IMG/VR virus record: IMGVR_UViG_2563367003_000001
Direction: 5' to 3' (one strand)
DNA: 16,384 nt
Source of the DNA: a virus
Taxonomy: Duplodnaviria > Heunggongvirae > Uroviricota > Caudoviricetes
The notes beneath the pieces were generated by a model. That model searched no databases and had not been told where the DNA came from. It was given only the letters and a program-made list of their open reading frames with translations. Below are positions 9,590 through 16,384 of the stretch, piece by piece (within the stretch, counting starts at the first letter, position 1; every line of letters begins with the position of its first letter). The position numbers and the translations under genes were made by a program.

Positions 9590-9811
9590 TTAACTCGACT
9601 TATTTGATAGCAGGGCACTATTTATTGCGTCATTGAGTTTTTCTGCTGCTTCATCAATAAGTGACAACAGGCCATAAGCAATATTTGCATCTTCATTGTC
9701 ATTTATGCAATCAAGCCACATATTTAATATTGCTTTTGCTGAATTATTTAAAGTTAATGAACTTTCTGCACATGCTAACAATTTAAAAAAGACTTCCCGT
9801 TCTGTATTCAT
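9590..9811 (-). CDS. Hypothetical protein (73 aa), AT-rich
   Basis: ORF in operon context; composition differs from neighbours. Confidence 0.4.
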   Translation of the reverse strand: MNTEREVFFKLLACAESSLTLNNSAKAILNMWLDCINDNEDANIAYGLLSLIDEAAEKLNDAINSALLSNKSS

Positions 9812-10003
9812 TTAATCCCCCACCAGCTTACTTTCTTCCTCAATCAAAAAACTAGCGACACTTCCCGAAAGACGCGCCAGTAGGCTCGCCAGTGCGGATA
9901 TATCAGCATCTGTAATTTTGTTCGGGTATACCTCAAGAAGGCGGCAAATAATTTCTGTCTGGTGCGCACGTTCAGCGGCTTCGTGTAATGTGATTTCCTG
10001 CAT
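9812..10003 (-). CDS. Hypothetical protein (63 aa)
   Basis: ORF abutting the next gene with no spacer (stop/start coupling). Confidence 0.4.
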   Translation of the reverse strand: MQEITLHEAAERAHQTEIICRLLEVYPNKITDADISALASLLARLSGSVASFLIEEESKLVGD

Positions 10004-10188
10004 TAATGCACCTCTTTTAATTCATACACTGCTGAAATAATGACTTGTGATAAGCCATATTCTGATGATTCGCTTCTCACCGCAGCAATAGCCGTCTGAA
10101 CATTAACAGCCTTCACATTCTGAGCGATACCAATTGTGTGGCCTATTGGGTTAACAGCTCGGGCAAATACACGGAAGGTTTTAAGCAT
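10003..10188 (-). CDS. Hypothetical protein (61 aa)
   Basis: Start ATG overlaps the stop of the upstream 65-aa ORF (ATGCTTAA). Confidence 0.4.
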   Translation of the reverse strand: MLKTFRVFARAVNPIGHTIGIAQNVKAVNVQTAIAAVRSESSEYGLSQVIISAVYELKEVH

Positions 10189-10378
10189 GACTCACTCCCT
10201 GGCGGATTTTTGCAGCGAATACAGCAACACAACCGGACGGGCAACGGCTACGCGCTTCGCGTTCCGTCCAGGCGGTTACGTGGATGATTTGAGATTCTCC
10301 GGCACTCAGTGCCAGAAAACGCCACACAAAGGCCGTTTGTGTGTGTACAAGGTGTGGTATATGATTTACAGCAACCAT
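10181..10378 (-). CDS. Hypothetical protein (65 aa), first gene of the leftward operon
   Basis: Strong RBS AGGAGCCGTT-ATG. It is the 3' part of the 243-aa ORF 10181..10912 in the track; only the portion downstream of this RBS is considered real. Confidence 0.5.
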   Translation of the reverse strand: MVAVNHIPHLVHTQTAFVWRFLALSAGESQIIHVTAWTEREARSRCPSGCVAVFAAKIRQGVSHA

Positions 10379-10390
10379 AACGGCTCCTAG

Positions 10391-10568
10391 TTTACGTTGT
10401 TGGTTAGACGCCCCGTATGTGTTCCCAGCACTGCGGGGCGTTGCTCTTTGTATTTCAACAATTCTTTCGGTGTGTTTCATGTTATGAGCGCATGAAACAC
10501 ACGTCAAGGCTTTTTGTATTTCTTTTTTTGTGTATACTGAAACACACCGATGATTAGGAGTTTCAGAA
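10391..10568. promoter_or_regulatory. Divergent promoter/operator region between the leftward operon and the rightward RHH gene
   Basis: Inverted repeat GACGCCCCG...CGGGGCGT (10408..10440); palindrome TGTGTTTCATG...CATGAAACACA (10472..10500); second direct copy TGAAACACACC (10539..10549); -10-like TATACT (10531..10536); RBS AGGAG before ATG at 10569. Confidence 0.55.
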
Positions 10569-10874
10569 ATGGCAACGGCTAACAAAAACGCAAAATCACA
10601 ACTGACAACTGTCAGAGTCCCACTAGATGTTATGCAAGGGATGGAATCCGTTAAGCTGGACGGTGAAAGCAATGCCGGATTTATCGTAACCGCCATGCGC
10701 GGTGAAATCGCCCGCCGCCAGGCAGAAGGAAGCGGAGAAAATCCCCTCGTGTCTTCACTGGATGCCTTAGCTAAGGTCGAACAAATCGGCATCAAGGCAG
10801 CGGAGGAAATCGGGCAACTCGTAGCCGTCGCTCGTGAAGAACTCCAGCGGCGTAAAGCCAAAGAATCTGAATAA
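10569..10874 (+). CDS. Putative ribbon-helix-helix-type transcriptional regulator (101 aa)
   Basis: N-terminal beta-strand/helix pattern (TTVRVPLDVMQGMESVKLD...NAGFIVTAMRGEIARR) plus coiled C-terminus. AGGAG RBS. Divergent from the replication operon. Fold assignment is inference. Confidence 0.5.
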   Translation: MATANKNAKSQLTTVRVPLDVMQGMESVKLDGESNAGFIVTAMRGEIARRQAEGSGENPLVSSLDALAKVEQIGIKAAEEIGQLVAVAREELQRRKAKESE

Positions 10875-11224
10875 TTAGTATCAGCGCCGTGATGTGAGTA
10901 ACTACGGCGCATTGCTATGTAAATACTGGCAATAAACAGAAAAGGTAGTTCTACTCCGAATAATTTTATCTGACACTACTCCTGAACTAACATGCGCTTA
11001 TCTTACAGGATATAAATATAAATCCATAAAATCACGATTAAATAAAGTCGCTCCAAACATAAACCACACCCAACGCTTAACAAGATAGCAACAAACAGGT
11101 AAATAACTTGCAGAAATATTTATCGCAAGGATTATCATTATTAATGACAAATCACTTTACCAAGTCATTCCCCTCTCTTATCATAAAGAGAAAGTAATAA
11201 ATAAGTTAAGGGAGTTAGAATGCT

Positions 11225-11761
11225 ATGAATCTAAAAAAAATAGCCACAAACACAAAAAACAAGATAACAGAAACATTTAATAAACTTATATTAGAGGCAT
11301 CTAAAACCCCCACACAAGATGAAATTAAAATACTTGAGAGAAGGAGTAAGAAGTTTAATTACTCCTTTTTCTCATACGCAGTCACAGGAGCTATAATAGT
11401 TTTTTGCTCTCAACCATTAATTAAATACGCAAACCCAATACTTATTTTATTGAGTGGTCTGTTACTGTCTATCATCATTATCATTCTCAGAATGATTTAT
11501 ATTTCACAAGCGAATGCATCATGGACAACCAAAAAACGCTCACATGTACTAGTTCATTTTCTTTCTGCATGTTTCATAGCATCAACATTGACGTTGCTAT
11601 ATCAGGCTTACGATAATAACATCACACACAAATTGTACTGTAAAAATATACAACAACTTATTGAAAAAAGGATAGAAACAGAAAAAAACATCAGCATATT
11701 CAGTGGGATGCAATGCACCCCGGTATATGATTACTCTTTATTTGGATTTAATCTCTTATAA
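11225..11761 (+). CDS. Small membrane protein (178 aa, ~3 predicted TM helices), very AT-rich cargo gene
   Basis: Hydrophobic segments FFSYAVTGAIIVFCSQPLI, ILILLSGLLLSIIIIILRMIYI, VLVHFLSACFIASTLTLLY. Strongly AT-rich versus the flanks. No recognised family. Confidence 0.55.
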   Translation: MNLKKIATNTKNKITETFNKLILEASKTPTQDEIKILERRSKKFNYSFFSYAVTGAIIVFCSQPLIKYANPILILLSGLLLSIIIIILRMIYISQANASWTTKKRSHVLVHFLSACFIASTLTLLYQAYDNNITHKLYCKNIQQLIEKRIETEKNISIFSGMQCTPVYDYSLFGFNLL

Positions 11762-11770
11762 AGAATGTTA

Positions 11771-11804
11771 TTACTGATTTGAGTACAAATTCTCAAATCA
11801 GTAA
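11771..11804. terminator. Bidirectional intrinsic terminator hairpin between convergent genes
   Basis: 13-bp perfect stem TTACTGATTTGAG / CTCAAATCAGTAA with 8-nt loop, A/T-rich flanks on both sides; lies between the plus-strand membrane-protein gene and the minus-strand alpA gene. Confidence 0.65.
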
Positions 11805-11830
11805 TTCATAATATTTTATTCTGAGATAAT

Positions 11831-12058
11831 TTAAACTACCCACTCACCTCGAATCCATGCCTGCACTTCTGAAAGACGATATGCAACAGCAGTGGAACCA
11901 ATCTTGATCCGCTTAGGAAATTTTCCTTCCTTCTCCAGCTTCCAGCGTGTGCTGTTCGCAAGAGTGGTTAGCTCCCGACATTCTTTCTCACGGATCATTC
12001 GGTCAATGTTAGGAATGTACTCCAGACCCTTTTTATCAACAATTGCCATTTTTTTCAT
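11831..12058 (-). CDS. alpA: AlpA-family HTH protein (excisionase/Vis-like regulator), 75 aa
   Basis: IREKECRELTTLANSTRWKLEKEGKFPKRIKIGSTAVAYRLSEVQAWI fits the AlpA pattern; immediately downstream of the integrase gene. Confidence 0.8.
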   Translation of the reverse strand: MKKMAIVDKKGLEYIPNIDRMIREKECRELTTLANSTRWKLEKEGKFPKRIKIGSTAVAYRLSEVQAWIRGEWVV

Positions 12059-12059
12059 G

Positions 12060-13295
12060 TTAACCAGCCTTTTGTTTGAGGATTGTCACTTTTGAATCAG
12101 CACCTGCGATGCTATTGAGATATGTAGTCCAGAGTTCCAGAGCATCCAGTTTTTTAGCCATAAACTTACTCCGGTTGTAAACACCTGCCACGCCAGGTAG
12201 CGCATGGCCTAACAGTTGTTCTACTACATAAAATTCAACACCGAGATCACTTAGATGAGTAGATAGCGTTCTTCTAAGGTCGTGTAGTGACCATTGTTTT
12301 TCATGGCCCAAACGTTTACCGATTTTCCCCCCAATCTTGCTTACGCTTTCTCTAATTCGCAGACTTCCCAGCACATAACCAGTATGTTTTGTCTCTTCGT
12401 GAACATCCGTTACCCACTGTCGTAGAATTTCAGGTACTGGTCTGACGATTTCAACACCAGTTTTTGAGTGATCTTTTGGTACAGTCCAAACCCAACTTTC
12501 GAGATCCCATTCGCTCCATTCTGATAATCGGGCTTCACTCATTCGACATCCAAATACTGTACAAAGCACAAACATTTTTCGCGTGTATTCAGACATTAGT
12601 TTTAAATCAGGCTCGACAAAAATTGCCTTCCAGAGCTGGCCGAGTTCGGCTTCATCCAGAACCCGATCCCGCTTACCTGCAATCTGCCCCACATCACTCA
12701 TGCGCAAATCCTTTAAAGCATCACACGTCGCGTACTGGCGTACCCGACAAAAACGAAGAGCTAATTTAGTGTCAGAAAAAACATACGCCGCCATAACTGG
12801 TGCATTACGTTTAATTCGGTCAAAACAGTCCAGCCATTCATATAGGTGAGTGTCATTTACGGGCAAATGACCGATATAGGGAAAGATATGCTTTCGAAAT
12901 CTGCCAAGCGTTACAGCATGAGTTTTACGACGCACCTTACAGTAATTTTCATACCAGTAATTTAGTGCATCCTCCACTGTAACCGGCTTTAAGCGTTCTT
13001 CAGCCTGAATCTTAATCTGGATACGCGGATCACGTTTGTCAGCCAACCAACCACGGCACTCGTCGCGCTTTTCCCTTGCCTGTTTGAGTGACATATCAGG
13101 ATATTTACCCAACGTTAGCCAGACCGGAGCAGCCCGGCCACCTGCTAACCTGTAGAAGAAAACAAAGCTCACAGCCCCTTTAGTACTCACACGAATAGAA
13201 AGCCCCTTTCCATCAGCAATGGTGATCTGCTTTTCTCTGGGTTTCCCCAGATATCCTTTAAGCGCTTTGTCGCTCAGTTTGTTCTCGCCAGCCAT
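12060..13295 (-). CDS. int: Tyrosine site-specific integrase, P4-type
   Basis: N-terminal arm-binding-like region (LSDKALKGYLGKPREKQITIADGKGLSIRVSTKGAVSFVFFYR), catalytic-box residues (HDLRRT, LLGHA...GVYNRS). Start set at MAGENKLSDK; ORF track extends to a GTG at 13346. Confidence 0.9.
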   Translation of the reverse strand: MAGENKLSDKALKGYLGKPREKQITIADGKGLSIRVSTKGAVSFVFFYRLAGGRAAPVWLTLGKYPDMSLKQAREKRDECRGWLADKRDPRIQIKIQAEERLKPVTVEDALNYWYENYCKVRRKTHAVTLGRFRKHIFPYIGHLPVNDTHLYEWLDCFDRIKRNAPVMAAYVFSDTKLALRFCRVRQYATCDALKDLRMSDVGQIAGKRDRVLDEAELGQLWKAIFVEPDLKLMSEYTRKMFVLCTVFGCRMSEARLSEWSEWDLESWVWTVPKDHSKTGVEIVRPVPEILRQWVTDVHEETKHTGYVLGSLRIRESVSKIGGKIGKRLGHEKQWSLHDLRRTLSTHLSDLGVEFYVVEQLLGHALPGVAGVYNRSKFMAKKLDALELWTTYLNSIAGADSKVTILKQKAG

Positions 13296-13309
13296 TTTTA
13301 GCCCCAAAA

Positions 13310-13350
13310 AGCAATACAAGCTGCAATACAGAGATGATTGCAACACACAG
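13310..13350 (+). repeat. Direct repeats related to TGCAATACA (AGCAATACA, TGCAATACA, TGCAACACA) upstream of int
   Basis: Same motif and orientation as the 3x12-bp array at 2237..2272 at the opposite end of the element. Confidence 0.7.
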
Positions 13351-13457
13351 ATAACGAGGAAAATTCAGTGAAAGCACCAGATAAACTTATTCTTTATTAT
13401 CAAAAGATTAAGTGTAAAAACCAGCAACTACACGAAAGCCTCAGAAAGCCATGCTAA

Positions 13458-13703
13458 GTGCTTCGGCTTGACATATCCCGGCGTAAATTCAGAGGTGGAG
13501 CCGCCACGGGAGCGGATAACCTCACCGGAAACAATCGGCGAAACGTACAGCGCCATGTTTACCAGCCCCGGAATTTGTGAGAGATAGACTTTCTCCGTGG
13601 TGAAGGGATAGCTCTCACGGAAAAAGAGACGCAGAAACAGCGGATCAAACTTAAATTTCTGCTCATTTGCCGCCAGCAGCTGGGCGGTTGTGTACATCGA
13701 CAT
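13458..13703 (-). pseudogene. E: Lambda-like major capsid protein E, N-terminal fragment (residues 1 to ~91), interrupted by the inserted element
   Basis: MSMYTTAQLLAANEQKFKFDPLFLRLFFRESYPFTTEKVYLSQIPGLVNMALYVSPIVSGEVIRSRGGSTSEFTPGYVKPKH matches the lambda gpE N-terminus; the frame then reads 9 unrelated codons (LAWLSEAFV) into the element and stops at 13428. Confidence 0.9.
13459..13468. repeat. Right junction core (attR-like): TGCTTCGGCT
   Basis: Identical to 2151..2160; lambda E sequence continues on the high-coordinate side. Confidence 0.7.
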
Positions 13704-13758
13704 AAAAAAATCCCGTAAAAAAAGCCGCACAGGCGGCCTTTAGTGATGAAGGGTAAGG

Positions 13759-14091
13759 TTAAACGATGCTGATTGCCGTTCCGGCAAACGCGGTCCGTTT
13801 TTTCGTCTCGTCGCTGGCAGCCTCCGGCCAGAGCACATCCTCATAACGGAACGTGCCGGACTTGTAGAACGTCAGCGTGGTGCTGGTCTGGTCAGCAGCA
13901 ACAGCAAGAATGCCAACGGCAGCACCGTCGGTGGTGCCATCCCACGCAACCAGCTTACGGGTGGAGGTGTCCAGCATCAGCGGGGTCATTGCAGGCGCTT
14001 TCGCACTCAATCCGCCAGGCGCAATTGCTGTATGAGCCGGATCACTGTTACCCAGCGGCTGGTAATGGTTAAACTCTTCTTTTGTCGCCAT
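13759..14091 (-). CDS. D: Head decoration protein D (lambda gpD)
   Basis: 110 aa, near-identical to recalled lambda gpD (…[78 protein letters not shown]). Confidence 0.92.
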   Translation of the reverse strand: MATKEEFNHYQPLGNSDPAHTAIAPGGLSAKAPAMTPLMLDTSTRKLVAWDGTTDGAAVGILAVAADQTSTTLTFYKSGTFRYEDVLWPEAASDETKKRTAFAGTAISIV

Positions 14092-14100
14092 AACTGCCTC

Positions 14101-15432
14101 TTATACCGGTAAAGCTTCAGGTGTATTAAGTAATTCTTTATTGGTATCAGATGCCAGGTTACCTGCAGCCAGCGGTGCCGGTGCACCCTGCATCAGACGA
14201 TCCAGCGCAGTGTCACTGCGCGCCTGTGCACTCTGTGGTGCTGCAGCCAGAATGCGGCGGGCCGTTTCCACGGTCATTCCGGGGGTTTCTGCCAGAACGC
14301 GCGCCTGTTCTTCGCGTCCGTGAGCCTCCTCACAGTTGAGGATCCCCATAATGCGGCTGTTTTCTGCCGCAACCGCTGCGGTGATCTGCGCGTTCACGTC
14401 CGGCTGCGCCGCGCTGGCGTTTTCGCCCTCCGTCGCTGGCACCACCTCAGTAACGTCAGCCTGCGAAGCAGTGGCTGAAACAGTTGTTGATTGAGTCTCT
14501 TTGGTCATTCGCCCTCCTGAGAGACGGGATTTATGTGCATCCAGTGCATCACGCATGACGGTGATCGCATCGGTGCTGTTAACAAGTTCATCAGCCAGTC
14601 CGGCATCAATGGCCTCCTGACCGCTGTACACTGCAGCCTCGGTATCCAGCACAGCCTGCACGGACAGGCCGGTATATGCCGACACCTTCTGCGCAAACAT
14701 CCGGCGGGTTGCGTCCATCCGGGACTGCAGTGTCTCCCGGACGTCATCCGGAAGATGGCTGTAAGGATTGCCATCCACCTTATGGCTGCCGCTGTAAATC
14801 AGCGTGATTTCCACGCCCTGTTTCTCCAGGGCAGCACCGTAATTACTGTGAGCCATCATGACGCCGATGGAGCCTGTCCGGGCGGTCTGCGTGACCAGAC
14901 GCCGGGAGGCGGCACTGGCAAGCAGCTGACCTGCACTGCAGTTCATGTCGTTGGCCAGCGCCCATACCGGTTTTATGTCACGCACACGGGCGATGATGTC
15001 AGCGCAGTCAAATGCCCCCGCCACCATTCCGCCTGGCGTATCCATATCGAGCAGAATGCCGTCCACCATCGGGTCGCTGGCGGCCTGTTGCAGACGGGCG
15101 ATAATGCCGTTGTAACCGGTCATCCCCGAGTACGGCTGCAGCGCCCGCGTCCGGCTGACCAGCGTGCCGGACACCGGCAGCACGGCGATGCCGTTCATGA
15201 CCTGATAACTGCGGGCCTGTCGTGGTCCGTCATCATCACCGGATAATGCCAGCGTCGCGAGTGCCTCCTGGGCAGTCAGGCTGTCGCCGGACACCGCATC
15301 CGTCAGGCGGCTGATCCCAAGCTGGCCTGCAAGCGCACAAAAGAAAACCCGCGCATAGGCGGGTTCAAGCATCAGCGGCTCATTAAAGGCCATGCTGGCA
15401 ATATGCGGGAGATTACGCAGCTCTGCTGTCAC
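14101..15432 (-). CDS. C: Capsid assembly protease C (lambda gpC)
   Basis: Translation from a GTG at 15432 (VTAELRNLPHIASMAFNEPLMLEPAYARVFF...) matches lambda gpC; preceded by GAGGAGGAGGA. The ORF track's upstream extension (to 15546) overlaps B and is not used. Confidence 0.9.
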   Translation of the reverse strand: MTAELRNLPHIASMAFNEPLMLEPAYARVFFCALAGQLGISRLTDAVSGDSLTAQEALATLALSGDDDGPRQARSYQVMNGIAVLPVSGTLVSRTRALQPYSGMTGYNGIIARLQQAASDPMVDGILLDMDTPGGMVAGAFDCADIIARVRDIKPVWALANDMNCSAGQLLASAASRRLVTQTARTGSIGVMMAHSNYGAALEKQGVEITLIYSGSHKVDGNPYSHLPDDVRETLQSRMDATRRMFAQKVSAYTGLSVQAVLDTEAAVYSGQEAIDAGLADELVNSTDAITVMRDALDAHKSRLSGGRMTKETQSTTVSATASQADVTEVVPATEGENASAAQPDVNAQITAAVAAENSRIMGILNCEEAHGREEQARVLAETPGMTVETARRILAAAPQSAQARSDTALDRLMQGAPAPLAAGNLASDTNKELLNTPEALPV

Positions 15433-15718
15433 TCTCCTCCTCCTCTGTTGATTGTCGCAGCCCGGATTCAAATGCCGCAGCCGCCCAGGCGGGCGGTTTA
15501 AGACCGGCCGCGCGGCGCTCCATCGTTTCACGGACCTGCTGGGCAAAAATTTCCTGATAGTCGTCGCCGCGTTTTGCGCACTCTTTCTCGTAGGTGCTCA
15601 GTCCGGCTTCTATCAGCATCACCGCTTCCTGTACTTCTTTCAGACCATCGATAGCCATACGACCGGAGCCTATCCAGTCACAGTTCCCCCAGGCGCTGCG
15701 GGCTTCCTGAAAGCTGAA
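14101..15718 (-). CDS. nu3: Scaffolding protein Nu3, in-frame nested within the 3' part of C
   Basis: Met at C codon 239 (…QSRMDATRRMFAQ…), the same position I recall for the lambda Nu3 internal start; nesting is established lambda biology. Confidence 0.6.
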
Positions 15719-16384
15719 GCGCGCTTTTGAAGGTAACGTCACCACGCGGCGAACGATGGCCTCTTCCAGCCAGCACAGAAACATCTGGCTCGCCTGACGG
15801 GATGCGACGAATTTTCGCCGCCCCATAAAGTGCGCCCACGACTCGTTCGCGCTGGCCCGTGCCGTGGAGTAGCTCATCTGGGCGTAATTCCGGGAAAGCT
15901 GCTCATACGAGACACCCAGCCCGGCAGCGATATACCGCAGCAGTGACTGCTCAAACACGGAGTAGCCGTTATCCGTGTCCTGAGCCGTCTGCAGGTTCAG
16001 TGAGTCCCCCGGCATCAGGTGTGGCACTTTTGCGCCTCCCAGCCGGACCGGTGCTGCGGCGTAATACGCGGCAATTTCACCAATCCAGCCGGTCAGCTTG
16101 TCCCGCTGCTCCTGACTGTTCGCGCCCAGAATAAAATCCATCGCTGACTGCGTATCCAGCTCACTCTCAATGGTGGCGGCATACATCGCCTTCACAATGG
16201 CGCTCTGCAGCTGCGTGTTCTGCAGCGTGTCGAGCATCTTCATCTGCTCCATCACGCTGTAAAACACATTTGCACCGCGGGTCTGCCCGTCCTCCACGGG
16301 TTCAAAAACGTGAATGAACGAGGCGCGCCCGCCGGGTAACTCACGGGGTATCCATGTCCATTTCTGCGGCATCCAGCCAGGATA
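15413..16384 (-). CDS. B: Portal protein B (lambda gpB), C-terminal part; 5' end lies beyond the window
   Basis: Translation reads to ...FESGLRQSTEEEESDSRAA and overlaps the C start; ORF continues to the window edge. Confidence 0.88.
   Translation of the reverse strand, partial: YPGWMPQKWTWIPRELPGGRASFIHVFEPVEDGQTRGANVFYSVMEQMKMLDTLQNTQLQSAIVKAMYAATIESELDTQSAMDFILGANSQEQRDKLTGWIGEIAAYYAAAPVRLGGAKVPHLMPGDSLNLQTAQDTDNGYSVFEQSLLRYIAAGLGVSYEQLSRNYAQMSYSTARASANESWAHFMGRRKFVASRQASQMFLCWLEEAIVRRVVTLPSKARFSFQEARSAWGNCDWIGSGRMAIDGLKEVQEAVMLIEAGLSTYEKECAKRGDDYQEIFAQQVRETMERRAAGLKPPAWAAAAFESGLRQSTEEEESDSRAA

Larger units (their letters stand above)
2161..13458. mobile_element. ~11.3-kb integrative phage-satellite-like element (integrase, AlpA, replication, cos/TerS, capsid homologs, cargo) inserted in prophage gene E
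   Basis: Bounded by the two E fragments and 10-bp direct repeats. P4-type integrase at one end, AT-rich cargo at the other. Internal gene content is typical of helper-dependent satellites. Confidence 0.75.

Noticed and set aside
10181-10912. 243-aa minus-strand ORF spanning the regulatory region and the RHH gene
   Set aside because: Antisense to a well-supported plus-strand gene (RBS plus terminator) and crossing the divergent promoter region. Only its 3' 65 codons downstream of a strong RBS (10181..10378) are kept.
13428-13457. Extra 9 codons (LAWLSEAFV) at the end of the E N-terminal ORF
   Set aside because: Read-through from the interrupted E frame into element DNA, not a genuine protein extension or gene.
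2161-13458. Canonical P4 satellite identity (sid, delta, psu, alpha primase)
   Set aside because: No Sid/Psu/Delta-like ORFs and no P2-type cos. The integrase is P4-type, but the packaging and capsid genes are lambda-type, so the element is better described as a lambda-parasitising satellite than as P4.
14533-15246. 237-aa plus-strand ORF and other short ORFs overlapping C/Nu3
   Set aside because: Antisense to the lambda gpC coding region; no independent support.

Overview
The window is a lambda-like prophage head-gene block on the minus strand (B partial, C with nested nu3, D, E, start of FI; proteins near-identical to phage lambda as I recall them) that has been disrupted twice. (1) A complete 1258-bp IS3-family insertion sequence (1..1258) truncates FI after about 23 codons. 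(2) An ~11.3-kb integrative element (about 2161..13458) sits inside the major capsid gene E, splitting it into an N-terminal piece (13458..13703) and a C-terminal piece (1370..2160), with a 10-bp direct repeat TGCTTCGGCT at both junctions. The element looks like a phage satellite (PICI/P4-like logic) that parasitises a lambda-type helper. It carries a P4-type tyrosine integrase plus AlpA-family HTH protein; a divergent regulatory switch with a ribbon-helix-helix-like protein; an operon of small ORFs; an SF3 (D5/P4-alpha-like) helicase followed by an iteron origin; an SSB; its own divergent gpE-like capsid and gpD-like decoration proteins; a second AlpA-like HTH protein; a lambda-like cos site with an altered 12-nt cohesive-end segment; a Nu1-like small terminase; and an AT-rich cargo end encoding a HEPN (Rx6H, Abi-like) protein. 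A second AT-rich cargo gene encodes a small membrane protein next to int/alpA. TGCAATACA-type repeats near both ends are candidate integrase arm sites. All calls rest on reading the sequence and ORF translations and on recalled family features; no database search was run.
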